64,000 nucleotides of DNA from Azolla caroliniana (taxonomy: Eukaryota > Plantae > Polypodiophyta), in contig JBHGNT010000011.1 of the NCBI GenBank assembly GCA_043228905.1, positions 19,344,001 through 19,408,000 of the forward strand, written 5' to 3'. The position numbers and the translations under genes were made by a program. Below are positions 23,158-36,301 of the stretch, in pieces (position 1 is the first letter of the stretch; the number at the start of each line of letters is the position of its first letter). The notes beneath the pieces were generated by a model that was not told the DNA's origin, ran no database searches, and saw only the letters and a program-made list of their open reading frames with translations.

Positions 23158-26100
23158 CTAGACGCTGTTGGAAACCGGAAACAACCATCGGGGTGCTTGG
23201 TAGTTCCATTGAGGCCTTGATGATGATCTGCCTGCCATAGGAGAATTACCCCATTTCAGCAAGAACTTTGATCGAGATCTTTCAGCTGCATCAGATTCCC
23301 CCTTAATTGAGTCGTATCGTCCCCGCAGCCAAGATACCAACTCAAACCAGATATTTAATAATACCTCACCGCTAGGGATCTTTTGTTATTGAAAAACAAA
23401 TTTACAACGGTTGGTCCAAATGTGCCAGACCGATAAACAAGACACCATCATCCATATCTCTTCAAAAAATTCTGAGTTAGTGCCATGTCGAACTCCAGCC
23501 CGTTGAAACACCTTGCCATCCTGCACTATAAAACCATGTCCATGGGGGTTTAACTGTTCAGCCCAGCCTTCCCCTGTTAACTTCAGCCCTTGTACGGACC
23601 CCCATACAACTCTCCCATTCACTCCGCATGCTGCCACTATCCTGAGACTTCTACCCCAAATGTTAATAGCCTCGCTGCAATTCCAAAAACAATGAGGAAT
23701 TGATTCCAAAGGGTGTCCACAACTTTTGCATCCAGCCTCACCACCATGACACCTAAGCCACTCCCCCACCGGCACCGCTTTGTGACTAAGAAGCCACAAC
23801 CAAAGCTTTATTTTTTCTGGCATATCGAGCGCCCATAGCCTCCTCCAAAACGACTTCAACCAGTCATCAGAAATGCCTTTATCCTTCCAACTATTGCGAG
23901 TTAGGCCAGCACCCATCAATTTAGAGCCAATGATTTGCCTTCCTAGCTTGGTAGTGTACTCGAAAAACCGTTCAAGTTTGTTCATTCCCGGTTTCTGCCA
24001 CCACACCTCTAGTGGATCCCAATCCAGATCACATATGGGCTTGTTGTCAACTATCCAAAGTTTACGATCAGATTCCAGCTTCCCTGGGTCCGGGTTTACT
24101 TGCCACTTCTTACCTTCCAACATTGCCACCCGCACTGCCAACCACTGGCCATTGTCTGCCAAAGCACTTAGGTTGCCCCACAAACGATACTCATTAGATG
24201 GGCACCTGCCTCGGATAATTTGTGCATCGCCCTCACCTACAAACCACCCAAACCAAACCCCCTCTTCTTCATTCAGCCTAGCTAGACCATCAACAGCCTT
24301 ATCTATCAAGTGGTTAACCTTTTCTAGCCTGCCAGTAAATCTAGGACTTCCAACCAGACCCTCCCTTCTTCTCCTTTTGAACTCCTCCCAGTCTCTTACT
24401 GAACTAACATTGTACCCTACCATTTTCCCCATGGCAAGTATTTTTTCTGACCAAGCATCATACCATCATCACTTCGAATCCTGGGGTTCCAAAACAGAGG
24501 TTGACGGAGTTGTTCCTCCATTGTTTTTGGCTGCATTAAGACCAACCCCTCTCTTAAACTTGACCAGGCCCTCATTATGGTGCGGGCCACCCTATCCTCC
24601 ATGTTAGTAGGTTCTTTTAACGTTAGGCCTGGACTGCACAACCACCACATCTTTGCCTTCCAAGGGCCGCCATTCCTCGGACTCCAGAGTTCAGCTCTGT
24701 CTCTAAGAAGCAATTTCCACAATTCTGGTCCAGGTTGGAGACTTCGCACCAAGAGCTTACCAAGTAAAGCCTTACTTTGGTGAACTGGATCCACCATCCC
24801 AAGTCCACCTTGACTTTTTGCCTTGATCAAACAACTCCAGGCCACTTTAGCTGAAGCAGTCTCATGGTCTCTACCCGACCAAAGGAACCCTCTCACCATT
24901 ACCTTAATATTTTTTATGCACTCTTTATCTAACATCCAGCATGCCAACGAGTGCCACATGGTGGCCAACAAAATATGGTTTACCACAACCACTCTGCCTG
25001 CAAGGGAAAGCTTTATTGATGCCCATAACCAAAGCTTTTTTCTGATTTTGTCTTTCACTTGCTCAAGTTGCTGATTTTTCTGAATCTCTATTCCAACCAA
25101 AAAGCCCAAATACTTAACAGCCCTTCCATTAGGAACCCATTGAAAATCAGCATTAGGTTGCCAATTCGGCCAAGAGTTTGGACTTACCCAAAACCCTCTA
25201 CTTTTGTTCCAATTAATTTTCCCACCTAATGCTTTACAGAACAACTCAATTCTATTTTCAACCTGCTGTAAATTAGCATCATTGCCTTGCAGATAGAGCA
25301 TGGTGTCATCTGCATACATGGAGTCCAACAAGTCCTTACAAGCATGTGGGACAACCAAACCCCGAATTCCTGCATCCGGTCTATTTAAAAAGAAAGAGAA
25401 TGCCTTTGAGATAAATAAATAAAGGTAGGGGGCCAATGGGCACCCCTGTCTGACAGACTTGCATAGTGGAATTGATGGGCCCCGTTGCCCTAGTACCAAC
25501 ACCCTACTCAAGCTTCCTTTGTAAAGCGCCAACGCAGCTGCTCTCCATTTTGAGGGTAGTCCCAACCGCTCCATGACTTTGTCTAAAAAAGGCCATTGTA
25601 CTCTATCATATGCCTTCTCAAAGTCAAGCATGAGGCATGCAATATGTTGATTGGTTTTCTTCGCCAGGGCAATCGATTCCCAAAAGGTCAACACATTATC
25701 AATTATACATCTATTTTCCATGAATCCTGTTTGTCCCACATTAATTAGCGCATGTAGGTGGGGTTTGACCCTCTTGGCCAGCATATTAGCAAAAATCTTA
25801 TAGATTGTGTTGAGCAACGTAATCGGTCTCCATTGCCTCACATATGATACTATACCCTTTACCTTAGGAATTAGAAATATAAGTCCCTCTTTAAAATGGT
25901 CAGGGAGGTACCCATCATCCCATGCCTCATTTAGTCCAGCAACCAGCTCAACCTTAATTATTTCCCAAAATTTTTCATAAAAATCTTTTGATAATCCATC
26001 GTCTCCTGGACAAGACGTTCTACATATACTTGCTAGAGCATCTGACACCTCCTCTTCCAAGAGTGGCCCTGGCAACTTAACTTGTGCAACCTCTGAAATT

Positions 26101-27449
26101 CTTGGTTGCATTCCCTCCAATACAAATTCTGCCAGTGAGGGCTGGTCTGGGAGACTATAATTATTTGATAGTAGCCCATTATAGTGAGATGTGACCGCCT
26201 CCATGATCTCCGATACATCTTCTGACAGTGAACCATCCTCCTTGATCAGTTTAGGAATGAAGTTACCAATTGTGCTCGGTTTTTTAAACTTAAAAAATTG
26301 TTGGTTCACCTTGTCCCCATTCCTGCTCCACCAAGCTGTTGAACTCTTGAATACCATCTTATTTCTTGACACAATTAGTCGCTGTAGTGTTTCTTTGGCA
26401 GCCTCCAAACCTGATCTTGACCAAAGACACTTGGGATTTTTCTAGAGCATTCTTTGGGCAGCCGCTATCGATCTTCTTAGTCTCACCTCTCTTTCCTTAG
26501 ATCTCTCCAATCTATTTTTAGTCTCTTCATGCAAATACTTTGAAGTTTCAATAATCTTTCCTTGAAGATTATCCAAAGCACCACAACCAGCTAGATTATT
26601 TTCCCATATACTCCTTATCTTACTTCTCACCTCCACATCCTCAAAAAGCTTATTACTAATCCTTAAGTTGCAGTCCCTTTTGTTCAGCCTCTGAGTGACC
26701 AACGTAATCGAAACCGGCATGTGATCAGAATGAGCTGAACCTGCGATGATTTCAACATTGCTGCCATATTTTTCCAGTTCCGAGCTTATGTATATTCTGT
26801 CTATGTGAGACATACAATAGCCATTTATATTACAACCTGCTCTTGAGAAGCATAATGAGCTCCGAGGCTTTTTTAGTACATACCAAGCATCTTTCACTCC
26901 CATTCTGCCCATCAACAAATCCCATGCAACTAGCTCTGACCCCTGCACCGCCGTATGCATGCCCCCCACCTTGTCTTCTGCGTGCATAATCATGTTAAAA
27001 TCCCCTGCGAGGATCCATGCATCTGCCATCGGCAATCCATCAACCAATTGCCTCCAAAAAAGGGCCCGCATCGCTGTCGAATTGGGCGCGTACACATTTA
27101 TTATTCCAATGATACGTTGTTGCCATCTGATTGTCACATAGATGGCACGTCCCTCCACGATGGTGCCTTGGCCCACAACAATTATATCTGGATTATTCTT
27201 AATAGATGTACAAACAACCCCTTTTCTACCATGCTCACCTTGCGCTGGGGACCAAATAGTATGCCAATCCCCCGCTAGAGGATTGCCAATACTCGAGATT
27301 CTGTTCGCACTCAAATGGTGCTCTTGAAAGAGCAAAATGTTTGGGATCCCCCTAAAGCTAGGGGATTTGAACTCTTGGCGGAGGTTCTTCCTCTCCAACA
27401 TACATTTGCTACCGCCTAGACCTTGTATGTTCCACGTGATTAATTTCAT
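23158..27449 (-). pseudogene. LINE ORF2: APE endonuclease, reverse transcriptase, zf-RVT and C-terminal extension (disrupted near 26442, 24420 and 23386)
   Basis: EN motifs MKLITWNIQG, LFQEHH, NVYAPN, GDFN and SDHMPV. RT motifs WRPITLLN, LDFEKAYDRV, RQGCPLAP, YADD and KYLG. Zinc finger CKSC...ESIPHCFWNC. Confidence 0.92.
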
Positions 27450-27457
27450 GAGAACAA

Positions 27458-29740
27458 TTATGAGGTCTCCCAAGCCGGACATAGTCCCTCCCCACGAGCC
27501 CATGCCCAACCTCCCGACTTGATCCTCTCCCATCCTAAAACAACATCTTGCCTTGTAGCTTCAGCCATTTCCTCCTCATGGAAGTGCAACACCTCATCAA
27601 GAGGGTCTATCATCTCCTCTAGGCCTAGTAAAATCTGTTTTTTAATGCAAGAATTATGAAAACTCCCGCATATCATTCCAGCATTCAGCCACATCAACCT
27701 CCAATTATCTCCATTCCAATTGATAGGTAGGCTGCGAAAGTATTTGTGTGCCTTGACTTCTATAAAGTTGGAGATCCGTGGCATGTTACTAGTTGTAACC
27801 TTTAGGTCTGTTAGATCAAAAGAGAAGCCTATAACCGACAACTTGTTTCGTTCAGCAACAATTACATAAACCCTTAGCCCTAGAGCTTCCCCTTGTGACA
27901 AATCCGTCAGTCTTGTGAGAGCTTGCTGACTAAACCTATATCCCTTGTCCAGCATGTCCCTTCCAATATTTTTGACCTAACAAATTTGATTGGAACTGTA
28001 ACATTTGCCTCCTTACTTCTTTCTCCCACTGCTTGCAACTTAATTTCAGGAGCGTTGGGTGAGCTTTCTTGACATCTCCCATTACGCAGCCAGTCTTTCA
28101 TTGCTCTCAGTCCCATACCTCCACTTTTACCAATAGAGGAAGGGGAGCCCATGGTAGATTCTTGTCTAAGTGTTCCACTTTTTAACATGACCTCGGGTGT
28201 ACATACTACCACCTCTTCAACAATAGTTTTCTTTGAGTCTTGTGCTAGGTCCTCCTCTTCTTGCAACACTTCAAAACGATTTCTCAAATCTGCATGAGGT
28301 GTATTCGTGTTTACTTCTTGTTGCAAGCCATTTTTCCGTCCCGAAACACGAATCCAGCCATTTGCACTATTGTTCGGCTTCTCAGCCCCAATGAGGTTGC
28401 TCAATCTTGACTCCCTTATCGGTTCTTGCTTATCTAACAACCCAGTATCCTTCTCCCCCCTTACATTTCTATTAATCTTCCTTGGACATTCCTTGGCAAT
28501 GTGGCCCTTTCTTTTACAATAGAAACATTGGCCAGGTAAACCCTCATATTCCACATCCACATCTATCAATCTTCCCTCCACATCATGCACTCTAATTAGG
28601 GAGGGAAGTGTGGACAAACTTTGCACAAGCACCCTAATCTTAGGGGAGTCTCGGATTTTGTCTACCATGGATGCCTTGGAAGGACAAATTGTGCCAATCT
28701 TCTCCCCAATATTTTGCATCAACGGATATAAGTGTCGAGGCAGATTAGGGAATACCATAGATATCACCATGGGATTACCAATTTTCTTAGCCTCATCCAT
28801 AACATTGAAATTAGCATGCCACTCCAACAACAGAGCTCTTCCGTATTTGAGTTCTACACATTTCATATTGATAATTTGCGATACATCACTCCCTTCGTTC
28901 ACTTCAATGTGAAAGAAATTTCGACCCATATTATCCACACTCTTTATATGTGGGACCTTATCCATTAAAGCTACTTGTAGCATATCACGGACCATACCTC
29001 TGTTGGGCCTACCACCAAATAGCTTACAAATGAACGAACATTTCTTTAATCTTTTGATCTCAGCATTTAAGATTGTACTTTCTTCTTCAGACAGAAAAAC
29101 ATCCAATACATCGGAAGTCTCCACCATTTTCAAATCCTTATCATCATCTCCTCTCGTGCATGTATTATGTGCATTATGTGCCTGACCACATTCATTCAAA
29201 AGATTTTCCACTTGTAACGTGTACTCTGTGGCCTCACTCTCCACCATAGGCAACCCATGAGACGATCCTCCTTGCAATCCCCGCTGCCCCTCTTCTACTT
29301 CCTCTTCATCCATTTGCCATGATGCAAGGTTGGCCTGATCTCCTCCAGCTTCTTGCTTCCGTGCATCTACTTTCCAAACCTCCGATTCTCCCCCACACTC
29401 GTGAATCCTCATTGCCATCATCTGCAAAGAGGGTTGTAGTCATACTGCTGGAAGGAGCCCTAATCATCTCTTTCATCCATCCCCTCTTATCTGTCTGATT
29501 CACCGAATCCTTACCTATCCTACCAGCACCTCCATTAATATGATTCCCTACGACTTTCCAAGCGTCACTTGTTTCCTTATGTTCCAAATTCCCAACTTGC
29601 TGCTTCTCGCGGCCATTAACCATCCTTTGTAGTGCATACCTCGACTCCACCCACCGCACTGGCGGCACCCTTGCCGCTGGTACTTTAATCGATGACATTG
29701 AGTCTGCTTTACCACCCTCAGATGGCTCCCTTGCCACCAT
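27458..29740 (-). pseudogene. LINE ORF1 (DUF4283/RRM-like plus CCHC knuckle), apparently split by two frameshifts
   Basis: Overlapping ORFs 29740-29306, 29427-27907 and 27955-27458. Knuckle CFYCKRKGHIAKEC. The last piece stops 8 nt before the ORF2 ATG. Confidence 0.8.
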
Positions 29741-30944
29741 GTTTTCTTGTATCCCGCTGCCCTTAGGCTCCCTTATCCTCTAGTGCTCTACACTCAGTTT
29801 TATTCCCTAATAAGGACGTAACTGACATTGTAGGGGTAGGTAAACTCACAAGCAATGTGGATCATTCGAGGCACTCTGTGCAGCCGAACAGCCTCTAACG
29901 AGCGGTCGAGATCTTGGACAGCGGCACATAGCTAGCCAGCGCGCGCGTTCCTCACCGTGCTGCTCCTGCTCACCATTTCCTCTCCTCGCCATGCTCTGCT
30001 CCTGCTCTCGTGTCCAGCTTGCAAGTTGCAATTGTCCAGTTCACGTTTGATTCTAACAGATCTTATTGAAACATATTTTGGAACATTGTCATCAAGGTCA
30101 AATTGAGTGCATCTAAGGATCATAGTACTTGCAAGATACCCATTTATGGAATGAGCTTGTTTTGTTATCTTAAGAATATACTATTGATGCTTACAATTTC
30201 AAAGTAAAAAATCATAATCCAATTCAATCCATGAACATGACATGCAAAATTAATGCATAGATAGCATTGTAATTTCCTCATATATCGTTGTTGTGATTAT
30301 AATTAGCCAAAATTCACCCATTTGACATATGTTTAAAATGCTCTATAAATAATATTATAATAATTCCAATGATCATTATTTGAATTCCAAAGTTCATATT
30401 TGAATGTTATCAAGGAACCTAGGTTGTGAATGGTGGCTTGCCCCTTCAAAAATTTGTGTTGCGTGAGTGCAACGACTGGGGCCCAACTCAAACTTGCATC
30501 TTTACTTAGATAGATGTTCGGAGTGACAACATGTATTATTGTTAGATAAACAATAATAATTTGATGCGGGTAGATATGAAGCCATATAATAAATGTTCAT
30601 TTGGATATTAATATTAAGGGTGTTCTTATTAATAATTACGAGGTTTCACACTTCATAATTTGTCGTGGGTAGCTCATGTCAAACGATGACTAAGAAGAAA
30701 AATGTTTCACGAATGGGAACTTTTCTACTATGTGCAATAGATTTGGGTGATGTTCATTGGGACCTTCTCTAAGTAGAAAAATGTTTCATGAAGAGAGACT
30801 AGAGTGACCATCCTCTATCATGCTTCCTCTCCTAGATCATATTGTATGGAATTTGGACTCAACTTTGGGCCTTGTAAAAATGACATGCATCAATATAATT
30901 CTAAAGTAGATGTGACAATTGTCAAATCCATGTCATATACACAC

Positions 30945-31800
30945 CATTAGTGTTGTTTTTTTATAGTTATTAGTCACCCTTGTTTGTTGAACAAAGATGC
31001 CATGATAAATTTCTAAAATTATTACTTATCATTTGATCCCACTTTATAGATTGCCAAAACATTTACCAATCACGCATACGATAACTTTTTCAAATTTATA
31101 CTTATCAAGTGTATGACAATGTTTCAACAAATATTATCATGACATCGTACACATATCAATGGAATTCCAAGAAATATTGTTTCTCAATTTTTGTGAGTAT
31201 TCAATTAGACCTTTCATATTTTCTACACTTCCAAATTTCAAACACAGAATCTCATTACATGTCATGAATTTTGAGGCCATTCGATGATACTTGCATACAA
31301 TCATCGGATCTCTATGTTCAATGTGTTTCTTTTAATATTCTTAACAACATTTTGCTCAGAGAACCCTCTCCTACAAACAACAATATTAAACTCTATAATC
31401 AATATATTTTTACATTGTGTCATCAAATTAGGGAAATTGTCATGCCAATATGCAAAACATGTGCACCAAGCTTCATGCATGATGTAGCATTGACAATTCA
31501 AATGCAACTTCTTAATAAAGCCTTAGAGCTCCACTTGACAAGCATTTGGATTGTGCACTTAGTGAACGTTGCACTAACATCAATATTTGGTTCCAAGTGA
31601 GAAATCAAACTTCCAACCATCTTTTTGCTCTTGGACTCTTCACAACATCATTAATGGGTTAAACAACATGGATTAAATAAATTTGTTGCATTAGAGAGGC
31701 ATAAATCTTGGAAGATTGTAGTTCGTCCAACTATTATCTTTCGAACATAACATTGACATAATTGAATACAACTTTATGGTGATCCATCCACGTGAGACAT
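30945..31800. repeat. Old degenerate dispersed repeat, copy 2
   Basis: Shares the collinear blocks listed for 20700-21560. Confidence 0.6.
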
Positions 31801-32690
31801 TTTAGGTTTGGCATCATTGTGATTAGTCTTATCCACAAGAGCATGTTTGTGTCTAATGCCATCATTGTCATTTATATATGAATATTGAACTTGTGCATAT
31901 TTCAAGTACCTGGACAAAGACATTGTTCCCTTAACAAAAGTATAATTTCTCAAGCAACACCTTTGTAAGTTTGGAAACAATCAAATGTAATTTTAACTCC
32001 AATGGAAGATACATTGATCATTTCTTTTTGAAGTTTCAAATGTTTATGTGGAGATCCCTAGAACGAGAGAGGGATGCATAAAACAAAATACACATGAGAA
32101 GAAATAGGTGTTGTCATATGCAACATAAATAACAAACTCCCAATTTGCAGATAGACCTATGATGACCAAGACAATAATTGTCATGTGGTGAGACATGAGT
32201 GAGTGGAGTAGGGAATAGACATCCCATGACTAACAAGTCTATCGACAATGCACACATTTAGACAAGTTAGTGCAACACAACAATGGATACCCAATGGGAG
32301 ACTAGTGAGTGGATCATAAAACACTACACTCAACAAAAACCAATAGGTTCATTAACTTTCTTAGGCCACCATTTGTTGGCATGAATACTCCCATCACTAA
32401 AAGCTAAATGGACCCTCTGTTGTCACAGATTTTGGTGGTATAGGTTACATTGCATGCTCAGTTGTAGTTTGCGAGGAGTAGATGATAAAAATCTTGGATA
32501 TATGGTGTACAAATATGTGTAGTTCTTGTATATACACATCAAATCGGCTATGAGGAGACGTATGTGGTAGGGAAAGACATTGATGGTCATCCTAAATATG
32601 GGAAATTTAAGAGAAAACAGGAGAAGAGAACATTATGGTGTATCAACACTTAAAAGAGAAATGAAGAGAATGTCAAAAGAAGATTTCAAT

Positions 32691-32885
32691 GTTGTGGCAT
32701 TTCTCAAAGCTTGTGCTCGTTAAGGTTCTAGAATACATGCATATATTGTGAGAAAAGGGTTGCTTGAAAAAAGCATGTATCTAGCAACCGCTTTGATTAG
32801 CTTGTATGCTAAATGTGGTGCTCTTTTGAAAGCACAAAAACTGCTCGGAAAGTTGCCAATCTGAAATGTTATATCGCGGAATGGC
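32691..32885 (+). pseudogene. PLS-class pentatricopeptide repeat (PPR) gene fragment
   Basis: Translates as VVAFLKACAR*GSRIHAYIVRKGLLEKSMYLATALISLYAKCGALLKAQKLLGKLPI*NVISRNG, i.e. L-S-P motif sequence with two stops. Confidence 0.8.
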
Positions 32886-33429
32886 TTCTAGATGGACAAG
32901 TGATAACTATAGGTGCAACGCGATTCTGATGTCCAGAAGTATTATTTCAGCCATCTCTCATCGGCATGGAGGATGCAAATATCCATGAAACTACATACAA
33001 CTCTAGCATGAAGTGTGATGTGGATATCTGGAAAGACCTCTATAGTAATGTTGTGCTATTAGTAATATTTTCATTGTCATATAACTATTAATAAGCATAG
33101 CCAATAATATTTTCATTATCATATAACTATTAGTAAGCATAGCCAATGGGGTTATGTCAAAAACTAAACTCAAGCAACCTAACACATAGAAACAAGAGTG
33201 ATGGAGAAAAAAGTGTCTTAGGGTTGAGTGTTCATATTTAGGTATCAGCCTCCAGACTATCTAAATATTGTTAACCTTAATGGACCACAAGAGGTTCTCC
33301 ACTCCCACTTGTGGTCATATGAATGACAACTCCTTGTACCTCTTACTACGAGTCTAGGTGATGCTTAAGACCATATAAAAAGGTTCAAGCAAATTACACG
33401 AGCTTATGAACCACTCTCGATTGAGATGA

Positions 33430-33550
33430 GAGTCATAGCCTTTAGCATCACCCTAGGGGACCAAGCAGATGTTTGGTTCTACATCCAATTGAAGTATAGA
33501 ATGACTTCCTTTACACAAAGGAAGAGTTTTTTTTACCAACTTTGTTCAAG
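33430..33550 (+). mobile_element. Degenerate Ty3/gypsy gag relic
   Basis: VIAFSITLGDQADVWFYIQL...MTSFTQRKSFF resembles the Retrotrans_gag pattern F..TL...A..WF. No LTR was found. Confidence 0.4.
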
Positions 33551-36301
33551 TATGGACAAAGTGGAACCCCATTGACCAACTCTTATCCCTCAATCCAAAA
33601 GCAAATGAGATCATTTGAGACACTGTGAAGTGCAAGTTGACAAAGAACTTGCTCAAGGAGAAAATTTATTGTCATTTTATATCCATGCTAATGACCAACA
33701 ACTATCACAAAATAAAGTAAGCATAGAAATTCTTAGGACCCAAGTTCGTTCTTCCCTCACTCTCAAATTTTCATAGGGAATCATAAAGCACTAGTGATGA
33801 AGAAGAAAACAAGAGCTAAAAGAGACACTTTTGCTCACTTGTCTCTCAATCTCCAAACATGTTTTATGTGTTAGCTTTGTCACAAAGGTTAATACACATG
33901 TATTTTCTGTTGCCAAATGAAGTCGGAAATTCGTGGTTGATCACAATCTTATTTACAAAAAATGTAGATACACACTTAATAGATATTGAAAATGTGTTTA
34001 TATTCTAATTATTCTATACATTTCCATTAGCATGCAGTAATGCTTATATAGATTTACAAGAGGTGTGATTATAGGAGAGACATGTGCCTTCCTATCTTGC
34101 AATTATGACATTCCATTTCATATCCTATCCTACAATTATGACATTTAGATAAGCAAATGTTGTCTATATAGTTGTTTCACACTTCTACAGTACATAGGGG
34201 TCACATATTTGGTTTATGAATGGTTCTTATTCACCCTATAGGCAACACCAAAATCCTAATCATTTATGAGTGTCGTGATGTGCCTACAACAAGGCATCCA
34301 ATTGTCCAATAATGATATATGGGCATAAGTTTGTGTTCAAGTATTCAACATCACTTAATTCAAGTTTTTCTCATCATTTATTTATTTTCCCAAAAAAACA
34401 CCAAGTTTTGGGCAATTCCATAGTTCCTCTATGTGAATTCCTCAGTGCGAGAGTACAACCAATCAAGGATGTGAGAAAGAGAGATATGATTTGTATAGAA
34501 ATAAAAAAACAAATATAATTATATTTTAGTCATTCTAGTTCATCAATCAAGAATATAATTGTAGCAATGCATAAATTATATTCAATAACCTAATGGCAAG
34601 ATTGCATATTGAACGTTGATGTAGTTCAAGCAAGGTACTACCCATAATTTGATAGCTTACTCGACAAAATATTTAGTTAATTTGGCCATGGATATTGTCA
34701 TGTTATATCATAGTATATATTTCGCGTTTCCTTGATTCTCACAAATTATATTTGCATAGGTGGTAAATTGGTAATCTCATGTATGGGATCTAACTCTAAG
34801 CACAAGCATGTTTACTTTATTACTAGATCATTAATATCCTTTTCAATACCCTAGTATTCCTTGTATTACAATGAAGCATAGAGACCATCAAATTGCCCAA
34901 CAATTTCTACTTCCAAGACCATAATAGGTTCCAATTTCTACTTCCAACCATATAAATTATATTGTTGCACAAACATGACAAAAAACTCCAAGCTTTATTA
35001 GTGTTGAGAGATCAAGCTCAACTTAGTTTAGTTAGTTAGTCAACCATGTAACTTCGTAGTTACCTAGATACAATCTAGTTAGAAGTGTTGACTATAATGC
35101 CTTAAATAGGACCTTGTACTTAAGTGCGATATTCTAGATTCTCCACTTCTAAGTACATTTAATATAGGACTTACACATTAGTACCTATATTCTACTCACA
35201 CATGTGCACCCTTTGCACATGAGATATATATATACCTCATTGTGGGTATTTTTGGATTTGATGATGATAATGCTAATTTAATATACTTACTCATCCCCCA
35301 ATCTTGTGTTGTTCATAAGTGTATCTCTCTCTCTCTCTCTCACGCACATACACACACATATCACATAATCTTCCGCTTATCAACTAATCACATAATTAGG
35401 TACTAATTAATCCTTGCTTAATTACTTATCTAATTCTTAACATGGTATCAAAGCGTGTGGTTAGCACATCCACTAAGCCCATCTGTCTCTTCATAATTGT
35501 GTGTTCGAGACGCCGACGACAAAATCCGGCTATCGAGTACTGTAGTGCCGCTACGTAGCACGTGTACGTGATCAAAGGAAGAAAAGCAAAAGAAGAGAAG
35601 ACACGATCAACATGAACACACAAATGGGTAGCTCGCTCCCTAGTGAAAAGCTAGACCGGAGCAATTATTCATCTTGGGAGTACAAGATGACCCAATACCT
35701 CGTCGGCCAAGGGTATTGGAGCTACATTAACGACAACATGGGAGCAAGCGGTGAGTCGAGTAATGTATTGCTTGGCAACATGTGTCCACGACCACATGCT
35801 TAGCCACATACGAGACGCCAAGACGCCTAAAAAAGCAGGAGCGAATTTAAAGAAAATTTCGCCAACACGATCACTCGAAAGCTTCAACTCCGACAAGAGT
35901 TGAACAACATCCGGCAAGAAGATATGTTCGTGGCGGACTACACCGCCAACATCAAGAGCATTTGCAACTCACTTGGCTCCATCAACATAAATATCGACGA
36001 AGTCAAGATGGTTCAAGTATGCTTGGGCGGCCTCGCACAACGATTCGATCCATTACGGACGACAATCTTGGCGAGAGAAAACCCTCTTTCATTCTTCGAC
36101 CTCCAATCAATGCTATTGGTCGAAGAGAACCACGTTCGAACCAAACGCAAGACGTCGGAAGGACAAATGTTCTTCTCGAATTTGGACGATGGCCGAGGAG
36201 GAGATCACGACGGTAGAAGAGGTCAATTCGACCCATCACACAAAGGGAACTCAAACCTTCACGGAAGCCATCAAGGAACCTTCGGAAGAAGGGGGAGCTT
36301 C

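Larger units (their letters stand above)
22958..30037 (-). mobile_element. Full-length L1-clade LINE (~7.1 kb), disabled by a few stops and frameshifts
   Basis: 17-bp TSD AGTTCACGTTTGATTCT (22941-22957 / 30038-30054), a short poly-A tail (plus-strand T-run at ~22957-22966) and ORF1+ORF2 architecture. Confidence 0.95.
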
